NCBI GenBank assembly: GCA_965208325.1
Contig: OZ242326.1
Span: forward strand, 1,728,001-1,792,000
Length of the DNA stretch: 64,000 nucleotides
Direction: 5' to 3'
Source: Candidatus Poribacteria bacterium
GTDB taxonomy: Bacteria; Poribacteria; WGA-4E; PCPOR2b
Of this stretch, positions 39,972-48,723 are shown piece by piece (the first letter of the stretch is position 1; every line of letters starts with the position of its first letter). A model generated the notes under the pieces. That model searched no databases. It was not told the origin of the DNA and saw only the letters and a program-made list of their open reading frames with translations. The position numbers were made by a program, and so were the translations under genes.

Positions 39972-41189
39972 TTAGTTTATTTTTCGATCCCCAATTTGAT
40001 GAAGAACGTGTTGGCGTACCCGATCACCCTGGCCTTGACAAACGAGGTTAAACGCGCATTCCGCCGAGCAACCAGGATTTTCAAAGCGTAAACAGCATTT
40101 CTTTCCTTCGCCCGCCCCCCGTTGGTGGAGTGGAACTTGATCGATGAGGTTCTCGAAAAACTCCTGCCGATACCGCTGAGTTGGAACGGCGTCCATTACG
40201 AGGGGGCGCAATGCTCCGAGAAAGTCAATGAACGGTCCGTACCCATTACTCTCAAATTGATTTGCCAGTTCCGTCTGTAGGTGCTTGGCCGTTTCCTGTG
40301 CTTTTTCGGTTGGCGTCTTAGCAGTAATGCCGATTATCATATTCCCGTCTACCACCAGAATTGGAGTGACAAACGTCCCCAACTTCGCGTTATTGAGGCA
40401 TTCAAACAACTGAATCCGATTGGGCACTCTTGTCGCCCCATTCCCTGTTCGTGCGGCGAAAGCGCTGCCACCACAGTTCGATTCTATATTGTCGAAGTAG
40501 ACTAGAAACGCATCCGATATTCGATTCAAATCCTCGTGCGCGGCGTCAATCTGTTCAATAGATGCGCCGCACTGCTTCAATAGATGCACGCGCCGCCCAA
40601 TCTCCTCGCTCATGCTATTGTTGTTGCGGATGATTTTGCACCGGCGATTCTCAACCAAAAAATAGACCGGATACGGGTGGCTGTATTTCCCGCGCGAAGG
40701 TGTGAATTTAGCCTCAACCGGCGTTGTGTAAAGAGACTCGGCAGCGAACTTTGTTTCGAGATATTCTCGGATGCGTCGAGAAATCGCCGGACTCTTCCCG
40801 CTCGTGGAGATACTAATCGTCAGATCTCCGTGCGTCACAACTGACGCCGCCGCAAAGGTACATTCGGGGATTACATCGACGACGTTAACCAGATTAATGC
40901 CATGCTCCTCGTGGGCATCATGAAATACCCGTGTGTTGATTTCGGGGGAATCCGTTGCGGCACAAACAAGGAACATCCCTGCCGAGTCGCCCGGTTGAAA
41001 TTGGCGTTGGCGCCATTGAATCCAATCTGCTTGTGACAGCTGGTAGAGCACAGTCGTCGTTTCGGGGCTAATCAGCGTCACCTGCCCGCCGCAACGCAGC
41101 AGGGAGATGACTTTTCGCTCGGCGACGATTCCTCCTCCGAAAACGAGGCATTTTCGATTCTGGAGGTTCAAATGTGCAGGGTAGAACAT
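39972..41189 (-). CDS. Precorrin-2 dehydrogenase / sirohydrochlorin ferrochelatase-like (SirC/Met8p) with an internal degenerate duplication
   Basis: FYPAHLNLQNRKCLVFGGGIVAERK, VNVVD, ISTSGKSP; second unit begins YPVYFLVENRRC. Confidence 0.85.
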   Translation of the reverse strand: MFYPAHLNLQNRKCLVFGGGIVAERKVISLLRCGGQVTLISPETTTVLYQLSQADWIQWRQRQFQPGDSAGMFLVCAATDSPEINTRVFHDAHEEHGINLVNVVDVIPECTFAAASVVTHGDLTISISTSGKSPAISRRIREYLETKFAAESLYTTPVEAKFTPSRGKYSHPYPVYFLVENRRCKIIRNNNSMSEEIGRRVHLLKQCGASIEQIDAAHEDLNRISDAFLVYFDNIESNCGGSAFAARTGNGATRVPNRIQLFECLNNAKLGTFVTPILVVDGNMIIGITAKTPTEKAQETAKHLQTELANQFESNGYGPFIDFLGALRPLVMDAVPTQRYRQEFFENLIDQVPLHQRGAGEGKKCCLRFENPGCSAECAFNLVCQGQGDRVRQHVLHQIGDRKIN

Positions 41190-41247
41190 AGAGATTGTAT
41201 TTAAACCGACAGTCAGCTAGGGCGCCTAAGGCCGTGCCGCGAAGTCA

Positions 41248-42237
41248 TTACCGATCTCTAGATACGACATAATCTGCAAGTTGTTCAAGCGCGGTCTTGG
41301 CGGGCGCGTCTGGCAACCCAACCAAAGCCGCTTTTGCGCGATCCGCATATTCTTGGGCAATCTGGACGCAATACTCCTGGACCTGATACCGCCGAAGCAG
41401 TTTCGTAATCCAATCTATTGCCCAATCCTCGTCGCCTTCCGTGCTAAAGACTCGTTCTAACGTGCCCTTTTCATCCGAAGTACAGACGCCGCGTGTATAG
41501 ATTATTGGAAACGTCAACTTTCCTTCACGCATATCGTTGAAGGATTCCTTGCCCAGCTTTGTTTCATCGGATACAAGATCGAGAAGATCATCGATAATTT
41601 GGAATGCGGTACCAATTGATTCACCGTATTCTGTGAATGCATGTATGGTCTCCAAATCTTCTGTTCCCAGCATCGCTCCCATTTCACACGAAGCAGTGAT
41701 AAGCTTCCCGGTTTTCAGTCCAATAATCTTCAGATAATCATCCTGCGCAACATTGAAATCCCCGTTTTTGTAGGCGTGAATGACTTCCCCTTCACACATT
41801 GCTTGAGTTGTGTCGGAGAGAATTCGCATCGCCGCGTCATCGGCGCGTCGAGCGACAAGCATTGAAAGCACTCGCGCATGAAGGTAGTCCCCCACAAGCA
41901 CTGCAACCTTATTCCCCCACTTGGAGTGCAACGTTTCATGGCCCCGCCGAATCGGGGCTTCATCGAGGACATCGTCATGAACGAGCGAAGCAACGTGAAT
42001 CAGCTCAGTAACGGCTGCAAGCGTGTGTGCGTCCTCGCCTTCATATCCGCACGCTTTTGCAGAAAGTACCAGCAGAATTGGGCGAAGCCGTTTGCCGCCG
42101 CCTTCGATTACATGCTGAACGGCAAGATCGACAAAATCATAATGGCTCGTCGTTTTTTCGAGAAGCTTACTTTCGATTGCATCTAAATCGGCAGCAATAA
42201 ACTGGCAAATCTCACTGAGGTCCGTTGTTGACATCAA
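41248..42237 (-). CDS. Polyprenyl diphosphate synthase (long-chain type)
   Basis: GGKRLRP, SLVHDDVLD..RRG, KT, FQIIDDLLD. Confidence 0.94.
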   Translation of the reverse strand: MMSTTDLSEICQFIAADLDAIESKLLEKTTSHYDFVDLAVQHVIEGGGKRLRPILLVLSAKACGYEGEDAHTLAAVTELIHVASLVHDDVLDEAPIRRGHETLHSKWGNKVAVLVGDYLHARVLSMLVARRADDAAMRILSDTTQAMCEGEVIHAYKNGDFNVAQDDYLKIIGLKTGKLITASCEMGAMLGTEDLETIHAFTEYGESIGTAFQIIDDLLDLVSDETKLGKESFNDMREGKLTFPIIYTRGVCTSDEKGTLERVFSTEGDEDWAIDWITKLLRRYQVQEYCVQIAQEYADRAKAALVGLPDAPAKTALEQLADYVVSRDR

Positions 42238-42357
42238 TCTTCATCCGTGAGAATAATTATTATCTTTTCGTGGAAACCACAATTGAATGTCGTATCGTAC
42301 ACGAATTTTGAAAAATCAGACGTTTCTGTTTTACCCATCTCTCCTCATTGCCGCACC

Positions 42358-43641
42358 TTATATTCGGGACAACACTTCATCCGCGGCGTGCACGGTGCAT
42401 TCAATGTCGCTTTGAGAGTGCGAGAGCGAAACAAAACCTGCTTCAAATTGAGAGGGTGCGATGTACACACCCCGTTCAAGCAGTCCCCAAAAATAGGTGC
42501 CAAATCGATTAATGTCCGATGTTTGCGCAGTCTCGTAATCGGTGACAGCATTATTCGTGAAATAAAACATCAACATCGAGCCGACTCGGTTGTGGCAAGC
42601 ATCAATGCCGTGCCGATCCGTCGCATCTCTTAGCCCTTCAGCGAGTGCTTGCGCGCGACCTTCGAGTTGTTCGTAAACACCGGGTTCAGCAAGTGTTTTC
42701 AGCGCGGCAATCCCGGCGGACATCGCCAGTGGATTGCCGGATAGCGTACCAGCCTGATAAACATCGCCGATAGGGGCTACGCTTTGCATGATATCTTTTT
42801 TACCGCCGTACGCGCCAACCGGCATCCCGCCGCCGATAATTTTGCCTAAACATGTCATATCGGGAATGACGCCGCAGCGGGATTGCGCCCCGCCGTACGC
42901 CACCCGAAATCCGGTGATGACTTCATCGAAAATTAGGAGAATGCCGTGTTCAGACGTAATCTCTCTAAGTTCAGCCAAATAGCCGTCATGCGGCGGAATC
43001 ACGCCCATATTTCCTGCAATCGGCTCGATGATTAAACAGGCAACTTGACTGTCGTTGGCTTCGATTGTTCGGCGCACTGCGTCGGCGTCATTAAAAGGAA
43101 CCACTCGCGTGTGACTCGTAAAATCCGTGGGGACACCCTCACAATCTGGAAGCCCAAACGTTGCAACACCGGAGCCGGCTTTGGCGAGTAGCGCATCAAC
43201 ATGCCCGTGATAACAGCCCGCAACTTTGATGACCTTGTCACGTCCTGTGTACCCGCGCGCCACACGGATTGCGCTCATTGCCGCCTCCGTGCCCGAATTT
43301 ACCATCCTAACCAATTCTATCGAAGGAACCGCATTCACGATGAGTTCGGCGAGTTCGGTTTCTAACGTCGTCGGCGCACCGAAACTCGTGCCGTTCGCCG
43401 TTGTGCCGTTGATTGCATCCACCACTCGCGGGTGTGCGTGTCCGAGGATTAAAGGCCCCCAGGACGCGACATAATCAATATACTCATTTCCATCAATGTC
43501 AACAATTTTCGATCCATTGCCGCTTTGAATAAAAAGGGGATTGCCGCCGACCGCGCGAAAGTTCCGCACCGGGCTATTGACGCCGCCGGGAATGAACTGT
43601 TGGGATTTTTGCCACGCTTCAAGGGACTTGGTGTTGTTCAA
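42358..43641 (-). CDS. hemL: Glutamate-1-semialdehyde 2,1-aminomutase
   Basis: PGGVNSPVR, NSGTEA, FDEVITGFR, GKIIGGG, YQAGTLSGNP. Confidence 0.97.
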   Translation of the reverse strand: MNNTKSLEAWQKSQQFIPGGVNSPVRNFRAVGGNPLFIQSGNGSKIVDIDGNEYIDYVASWGPLILGHAHPRVVDAINGTTANGTSFGAPTTLETELAELIVNAVPSIELVRMVNSGTEAAMSAIRVARGYTGRDKVIKVAGCYHGHVDALLAKAGSGVATFGLPDCEGVPTDFTSHTRVVPFNDADAVRRTIEANDSQVACLIIEPIAGNMGVIPPHDGYLAELREITSEHGILLIFDEVITGFRVAYGGAQSRCGVIPDMTCLGKIIGGGMPVGAYGGKKDIMQSVAPIGDVYQAGTLSGNPLAMSAGIAALKTLAEPGVYEQLEGRAQALAEGLRDATDRHGIDACHNRVGSMLMFYFTNNAVTDYETAQTSDINRFGTYFWGLLERGVYIAPSQFEAGFVSLSHSQSDIECTVHAADEVLSRI

Positions 43642-43659
43642 CGGGTTCCTCCTCTGAGA

Positions 43660-44637
43660 TTATCCTTCAAGCCATTCGACAACCGACTTCGCAAAGTAAG
43701 TCAAAATTATGTCCGCGCCTGCACGTTTAATGCTTGTGAGCACCTCAAGTGCCACCTGCCGTTCATCAATCCAACCGTTCTGTGCGGCGGCTTTTATCAT
43801 CGCATATTCCCCGCTCACGTTATACGCCGCAATCGGCACCTGAAAACTCTCTTTCACCCGTGAAATTACGTCAAGATAGGAAAGTGCAGGTTTGACCATG
43901 ACAATGTCCGCGCCTTCCTCAAGATCCAAGCCCACCTCGCGCAGCGCTTCGTCAGAATTCGAAGGATCCATTTGATAAGAGCGGCGGTCGCCGAACTGAG
44001 GGGCGGATTCCGCAGCCTCACGGAAGGGTCCGTAAAAAGCCGAGGCGTATTTCGCGGCGTACGCCATTATTGGAATCTGTTCGTATCCATGTTCATCCAA
44101 CGCCTCCCGAATAGCGCCAATTCGCCCGTCCATCATATCCGAAGGCGCGATGACATCCGCTCCGGCACGGGCGTGGGACAGCGCTGCCTTGGCTAGCAGC
44201 GATAAAGTCGCATCATTCAGCACTTCTGCCTCATGGACAACGCCGCAATGTCCGTGATCCGTATATTCGCAGAGACAGACATCGGTCATTACGAGGAGAT
44301 CCGGTACGGCATCCTTGACCGCTCGAACTGCTTGCTGGATAATCCCATCCTCCGCATAAGCTTCCGAGCCGGATGCGTCCTTGTATTGTGGGATCCCGAA
44401 TAGGATGGTTCCCCGTATCCCAAGGTCCACCAAAGTTCTCGCCGCCCTGGCGAGCCGATCGACGGAGTATTGGAAACAGCCCGGCATTGATGGGATTTCA
44501 TGCGCGGCATCAACTCCATGAACAACAAACATCGGGTAGATTAAGTCATCCGTGCACAGTGCCGTTTCACGAACCAATCGCCGCAAGTTCTCGTTGGCGC
44601 GCAGCCGCCGTGGTCGGTAGATTGGAAATTGGCTCAT
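43660..44637 (-). CDS. hemB: Porphobilinogen synthase
   Basis: [40 protein letters not shown]. Confidence 0.97.
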   Translation of the reverse strand: MSQFPIYRPRRLRANENLRRLVRETALCTDDLIYPMFVVHGVDAAHEIPSMPGCFQYSVDRLARAARTLVDLGIRGTILFGIPQYKDASGSEAYAEDGIIQQAVRAVKDAVPDLLVMTDVCLCEYTDHGHCGVVHEAEVLNDATLSLLAKAALSHARAGADVIAPSDMMDGRIGAIREALDEHGYEQIPIMAYAAKYASAFYGPFREAAESAPQFGDRRSYQMDPSNSDEALREVGLDLEEGADIVMVKPALSYLDVISRVKESFQVPIAAYNVSGEYAMIKAAAQNGWIDERQVALEVLTSIKRAGADIILTYFAKSVVEWLEG

Positions 44638-44652
44638 CCTTTATTCCTCGAT

Positions 44653-44817
44653 TCAGGGATTTCGGTGTAATCCTACTTGCGCATCGCCACGCGCCTTTCC
44701 GAAGTAAATTGTCCGAATCTCATTCGAATCGTAAATTGCCAATTTAAAATCTCCCGGCTCTACTAACTGATACGGTATCCATGTTTCAGGATTGAATGGC
44801 TGTTTGATTCCTTTCAT
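44653..44817 (-). pseudogene. Orphan fragment of an NYPNPFNPETWIPY-type C-terminal (FlgD/T9SS-like) domain
   Basis: 54-aa ORF MKGIKQPFNPETWIPYQLVEPGDFKLAIYDSNEIRTIYFG...; matches PFNPETWIPYRL...ILIY...VRTLQLG in 48724-51555. Confidence 0.75.
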
Positions 44818-44906
44818 TTGAGTGTAAGATTCCGTAAATTAGACCGTCCTTGAATCATCGACTCTCTGACGCACATTAACCAAAACACACACGCATTCAG
44901 AAAGCG

Positions 44907-45584
44907 TCAAACGACTGATTTCGAAGTAGTATCGCATTCATGCTGCAAAAAGTAAGAGAGCCGTTCCAGTTCAATTGAAAAATCGACGTTCCTCAATTTG
45001 ATGCGGCGAGGCGCTGACAGCCGAGCCGGGGCAAAATTAAGAATCGAGCGGACACCCGCTAAAACAAACACATCTAGTACATTCTGAGCCGCCTGCGGCG
45101 GAACAGCGATTATTCCAATCTCTATGTCTTCGCATTCGACAATCTGAGGCAGCCGATCAGGATTATGGATGACCACATTGTTGATGACCCGATCCCATTT
45201 TCGTGCATCGTTGTCAAACGCAGCGACTATTTCAAAATTGTGTTCACGCAGAACCCGGTAACCGAGCAAGGCACTGCCTAAATTCCCAACGCCGACAAGC
45301 GCAATCCTTCGGCGGACGTGAACGCCGAGAATCTCGTTGATTGACCGTCCGAGCGCGCAAACCTCATAACCGATTCCCCGCTTGCCAAACTGGCCGAAAT
45401 AGGCGAGATCCCTCCGAATCTGCGTTGCCGGAAAATTGATTCGTTCCGATAAATCACGTGACGAAACAACGATCGTTCCCTCTTCCTCTAGTGTTGCAAG
45501 GAGTCGAGAGTATAGAGATAGCCGATGAATTGTCCCTTCGGAGATGGTTTCAGACTGAAAAGAACTTGTGCGCGATTCTAGCAT
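44907..45584 (-). CDS. rex: Redox-sensing transcriptional repressor Rex
   Basis: TIHRLSLY, QIRRDLAYFGQFGKRGIGY, VGVGNLGSAL, ILNFAP. Confidence 0.96.
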   Translation of the reverse strand: MLESRTSSFQSETISEGTIHRLSLYSRLLATLEEEGTIVVSSRDLSERINFPATQIRRDLAYFGQFGKRGIGYEVCALGRSINEILGVHVRRRIALVGVGNLGSALLGYRVLREHNFEIVAAFDNDARKWDRVINNVVIHNPDRLPQIVECEDIEIGIIAVPPQAAQNVLDVFVLAGVRSILNFAPARLSAPRRIKLRNVDFSIELERLSYFLQHECDTTSKSVV

Positions 45585-45618
45585 TAGACCAATCTTCAAG
45601 GCGAAAAAAGATTGGTAC

Positions 45619-45647
45619 ATTATAACTGATCTATACATCTAGCGCAA
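45619..45647 (-). promoter_or_regulatory. Sigma70-type promoter upstream of rex
   Basis: Minus strand TTGCGC-N17-TATAAT. Confidence 0.55.
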
Positions 45648-45832
45648 GAAAAAGCGGAAGTAAAACACGGAATCTCGTGGGTGGGTAAATCGGCGTGAAG
45701 AATGCCCACAGCATCAACCTGCAGGACATGAAGTGAGGATAATGAAGTGAATAAAAGGGAAAGGATAACGGGGGAGATTACAAGCTGTTTACCATGAACG
45801 AATGCGAATCCGAGCGTTTGTTAAGCCCACTG

Positions 45833-46435
45833 TTATTTGCCATTGGAAGCCAAAATCCAGAGTCGTTCGACCAAACTTGCCAGCGGCAGACCGACCACGT
45901 TGAAATAACAGCCTTCGATGCGTTCGACAAATGCTGCCGCCCGCCCTTGAACACCGTAAGCGCCCGCCTTATCCAACACTTCGCTGCTGCCGGCGTACGC
46001 CAGTATCTCGCGCCGGTGTAACTTCCTAAACTGAACCACAGTTTTTTCCCGCCACACGATTTCACGCTTTCGATCGAGATCCACCAGCGCAACGCCTGTC
46101 ATCACTTCATGGCGCACCCCGCTCAGTTGCATCAATATCTCAATCGCGTGTGCTTCGTGCTCGGGTTTGCCGATGACCTGCTGGTTGACGACAACAATGG
46201 TGTCCGCACCAATGACAAGCCCGTTTTGGAGGTTCGCCGCAACCGCTTTAGCCTTCGCCAAAGCCAGCTTCTGTGCACTATTGTCAGGTGACACGTGTGG
46301 GGTGTGCGATTCATCGACTCGGCTCGGACAGATTTGGAACTCGAAGCCAATCTGTCTCAGTAAGTTCGCACGGCGTGGAGACGCTGAAGCGAGCACGATT
46401 TCGGGAAAATGTTCGAGCAAGTCAGATTTAATCAT
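45833..46435 (-). CDS. maf: Maf-family nucleoside triphosphate pyrophosphatase
   Basis: LASASPRR, IGADT, GKP, DKAGAYGVQG, NVVGLP. Confidence 0.95.
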   Translation of the reverse strand: MIKSDLLEHFPEIVLASASPRRANLLRQIGFEFQICPSRVDESHTPHVSPDNSAQKLALAKAKAVAANLQNGLVIGADTIVVVNQQVIGKPEHEAHAIEILMQLSGVRHEVMTGVALVDLDRKREIVWREKTVVQFRKLHRREILAYAGSSEVLDKAGAYGVQGRAAAFVERIEGCYFNVVGLPLASLVERLWILASNGK

Positions 46436-46444
46436 GGAAGACGT

Positions 46445-46732
46445 TCAGTTTAACCGATACCACCGACGTTTGCCTTCAGCTCTAACCTGCACTAGCTCGG
46501 CTTTCATGAGTTCCTCCAAGCCCTGATCGATTTCTTCTTTGGATAGACCAGCAAACCGCCGCACCCGGTGATGCAGCCGAGGTGCGCGAAACCACTCCTG
46601 TGCATTGGGCGGAACGTCTTTATCCCGAAAAACACCGAGTGCACTGTACAGGCAGAGCGCCGCTGAGGAAAGCTCTACCAACGGGTTAACAGTTGTGTTG
46701 TGGGGTTCGATTCCTGGCATAGCGGTCGTCAC
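46445..46732 (-). CDS. Hypothetical protein, possible winged helix
   Basis: GTG start with purine-rich RBS; AGLSKEEIDQGLEELMKAELV...GKRRWYRL is wHTH-like. Confidence 0.6.
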   Translation of the reverse strand: MTTAMPGIEPHNTTVNPLVELSSAALCLYSALGVFRDKDVPPNAQEWFRAPRLHHRVRRFAGLSKEEIDQGLEELMKAELVQVRAEGKRRWYRLN

Positions 46733-46988
46733 TTCCTTCCGTTAATTGCGTTGACATCGCAATTGATATACGTTCAAACCCAACAAACAGTTTCGATAAA
46801 AAGCGTTAAAATCGGAATTGCCCTACTTGACTTGGACGCAAATGTACACGATTCAGTTGAATCCGCTAATTTATTGTGTTAAAATTCCGTTTTAACTTTA
46901 TATAATTGGACTTTTTTTGCGTGATTCGGGGCGGGTTGAAAATACCAATATATCCCTGCAATTCGGACAAGGAAGGAGGCAAACTGCA

Positions 46989-47333
46989 ATGGCAAGTTTA
47001 TCAAAGGAAACATGTGTCGCCTGCCGCCGTGACGCACCGCTAGTCACGGAAGCGGAGATCGCCGAACTTAAACCGCAAATTCCCCAATGGCTTTTAATCG
47101 AACGAGCGGGCATCAATCGGTTGGAACACACATTTCAATTTTCGAATTTCGCCCAAGCGTTGACATTTACAGGCAGGGTCGGTGAGTTGGCGGAGACAGA
47201 GGGGCATCACCCGGCAATCCTAACGGAGTGGGGCAGAGTCACAGTGACTTGGTGGACACACAAGATTAGAGGGCTGCATCGCAACGATTTCATCATGGCA
47301 GCAAAGACCGATCAGATTTATTCATCGTTATAA
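46989..47333 (+). CDS. phhB: Pterin-4-alpha-carbinolamine dehydratase
   Basis: [34 protein letters not shown] before ATG 46989. Confidence 0.93.
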   Translation: MASLSKETCVACRRDAPLVTEAEIAELKPQIPQWLLIERAGINRLEHTFQFSNFAQALTFTGRVGELAETEGHHPAILTEWGRVTVTWWTHKIRGLHRNDFIMAAKTDQIYSSL

Positions 47334-47350
47334 AATTAAGGCTCCGTATC

Positions 47351-47899
47351 ATGAGTATCTTCCGTGACCATTACATCGGCGGGATAGTCGCTTACGGCTG
47401 GTTTTTCGTTATTTCAGTCGGCGCATCGTTAACTAGTCATTATTTACTTCAATACCCAATAGATTGGAATCCAACTATCTCTCTGGACCCCTGGAAAATT
47501 GGGGGCTGCTTCACCATTGCTGTGCTGTCGGGGCTGTGGCCCGACGTAGATATCAAGAGCAAAAGCCAATCCATCTTCTATCGAATCTTTCTTGCATTCA
47601 ACCTGATTTTGATTTGGCGTGAACACTACATCGAATCGGCGTTTCTCGGACTCTTCGCAATGCTGCCGCTCATTGGGAAACATCGGGGCTGGACGCATTC
47701 CCGGCTGACTATGCTGCTACTGCCTGCAATTTTTCTGATTATTCCATTTTGTTTGGAGCATGAGATTTTCAATCCTATGCAACTCTTGTCCTCACTCAGC
47801 CTCGATCTGATTAAGGATGAACTGCCCTTCTACGCCGCTAGCGTCATCGGGTACGCAACCCACCTGCACCTTGATGGCATCCTTCTTCGTTTCCGCTAA
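47351..47899 (+). CDS. Inner-membrane metal-dependent hydrolase (YdjM-like)
   Basis: N-terminal H, PDVD, HRGWTHS, THLHLD; multi-TM. Confidence 0.85.
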   Translation: MSIFRDHYIGGIVAYGWFFVISVGASLTSHYLLQYPIDWNPTISLDPWKIGGCFTIAVLSGLWPDVDIKSKSQSIFYRIFLAFNLILIWREHYIESAFLGLFAMLPLIGKHRGWTHSRLTMLLLPAIFLIIPFCLEHEIFNPMQLLSSLSLDLIKDELPFYAASVIGYATHLHLDGILLRFR

Positions 47900-47932
47900 G
47901 CGCAATGGCGTAGACGAAAAATCCCGCCATTT

Positions 47933-48331
47933 TCACCGTTGCTTGAGTTTCGCCCACATCATAAACCGCTTAACTCGCGGCTCCACCGTCCTTGGTCGCG
48001 GATGCGATTCCGCATCCCACGGTTTTGTTGGCGGGTCTGCGTGGAATTCCTCATCGTTCGTGAAGCCGTCTCCATCCGAGTCCTTCTGGGCAAGTACCTT
48101 CGTATACCGGTCGCCTGCGGGGAGGGCAAGTTCTCTGTAATCTTTGCCGAAGGCGTTCTGCGCCCCGCCTCCCGCCGGATTGACGTGACATGTCGCGCAA
48201 TTCCAATTTTTCCCTTTGTCCGGCAGCTTTTCTAAGCGGAACGCGCGGCTGCTCGAAACCGATACCCAAAGCCACAAAAGGAAGCATGTTGAACATATTA
48301 ATAGAATCAATAATGCTTTTATGGGTCTCAT
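47933..48331 (-). CDS. Secreted monoheme (CxxCH) temptin-like protein
   Basis: Signal peptide, CATCH, GGGAQNAFGKDY, KDSDGDGFTNDEE, SHP; tail VEPRVKRFMMWAKLKQR. Confidence 0.75.
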   Translation of the reverse strand: MRPIKALLILLICSTCFLLWLWVSVSSSRAFRLEKLPDKGKNWNCATCHVNPAGGGAQNAFGKDYRELALPAGDRYTKVLAQKDSDGDGFTNDEEFHADPPTKPWDAESHPRPRTVEPRVKRFMMWAKLKQR

Positions 48332-48723
48332 GTCTTCGTTCCTTATTTGCCATTTTTTCTGGCCATAGTAACTTATACAGCTTGTACCGGTAGTATACTA
48401 TATTCAAGGCTAGAATTGTCTCAAAAAGGTGCGCGATCGTACTCATCTGACGAGAGAACCGCTCGGTATGAATGACTACGAAGCACGTTCTGCCCTACTC
48501 TATGGTCAACCGGATTTGGTATGCCACCCTGTCAACGCCTATTAGACGGTATAATGCCAACTGGCACTTTGCATAGGCACACCGAATCTTGGGATAATTT
48601 TTCTCAATACGCTTCGCAATTATGCTACAATGTGATTTGTTGTGGGAGTGCGAGTCCATTCGGCAATTGATTCAATTGCTTATCGGATAAAAATTACGTT
48701 CAATAAAGGGATTACTACATTAT

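Noticed and set aside
45585..45832. Rex operator upstream of rex
   Set aside because: No convincing TTGTGAA-N4-TTCACAA match seen, so direct Rex control of the heme genes is not shown
46700..46720. GGTTCGATTCC, resembling a tRNA T-loop
   Set aside because: No cloverleaf or acceptor stem around it, and it lies inside a plausible CDS
48561..48580. TGGCAC as a sigma54 promoter for the FG-GAP gene
   Set aside because: The GC is not at the required spacing from the GG
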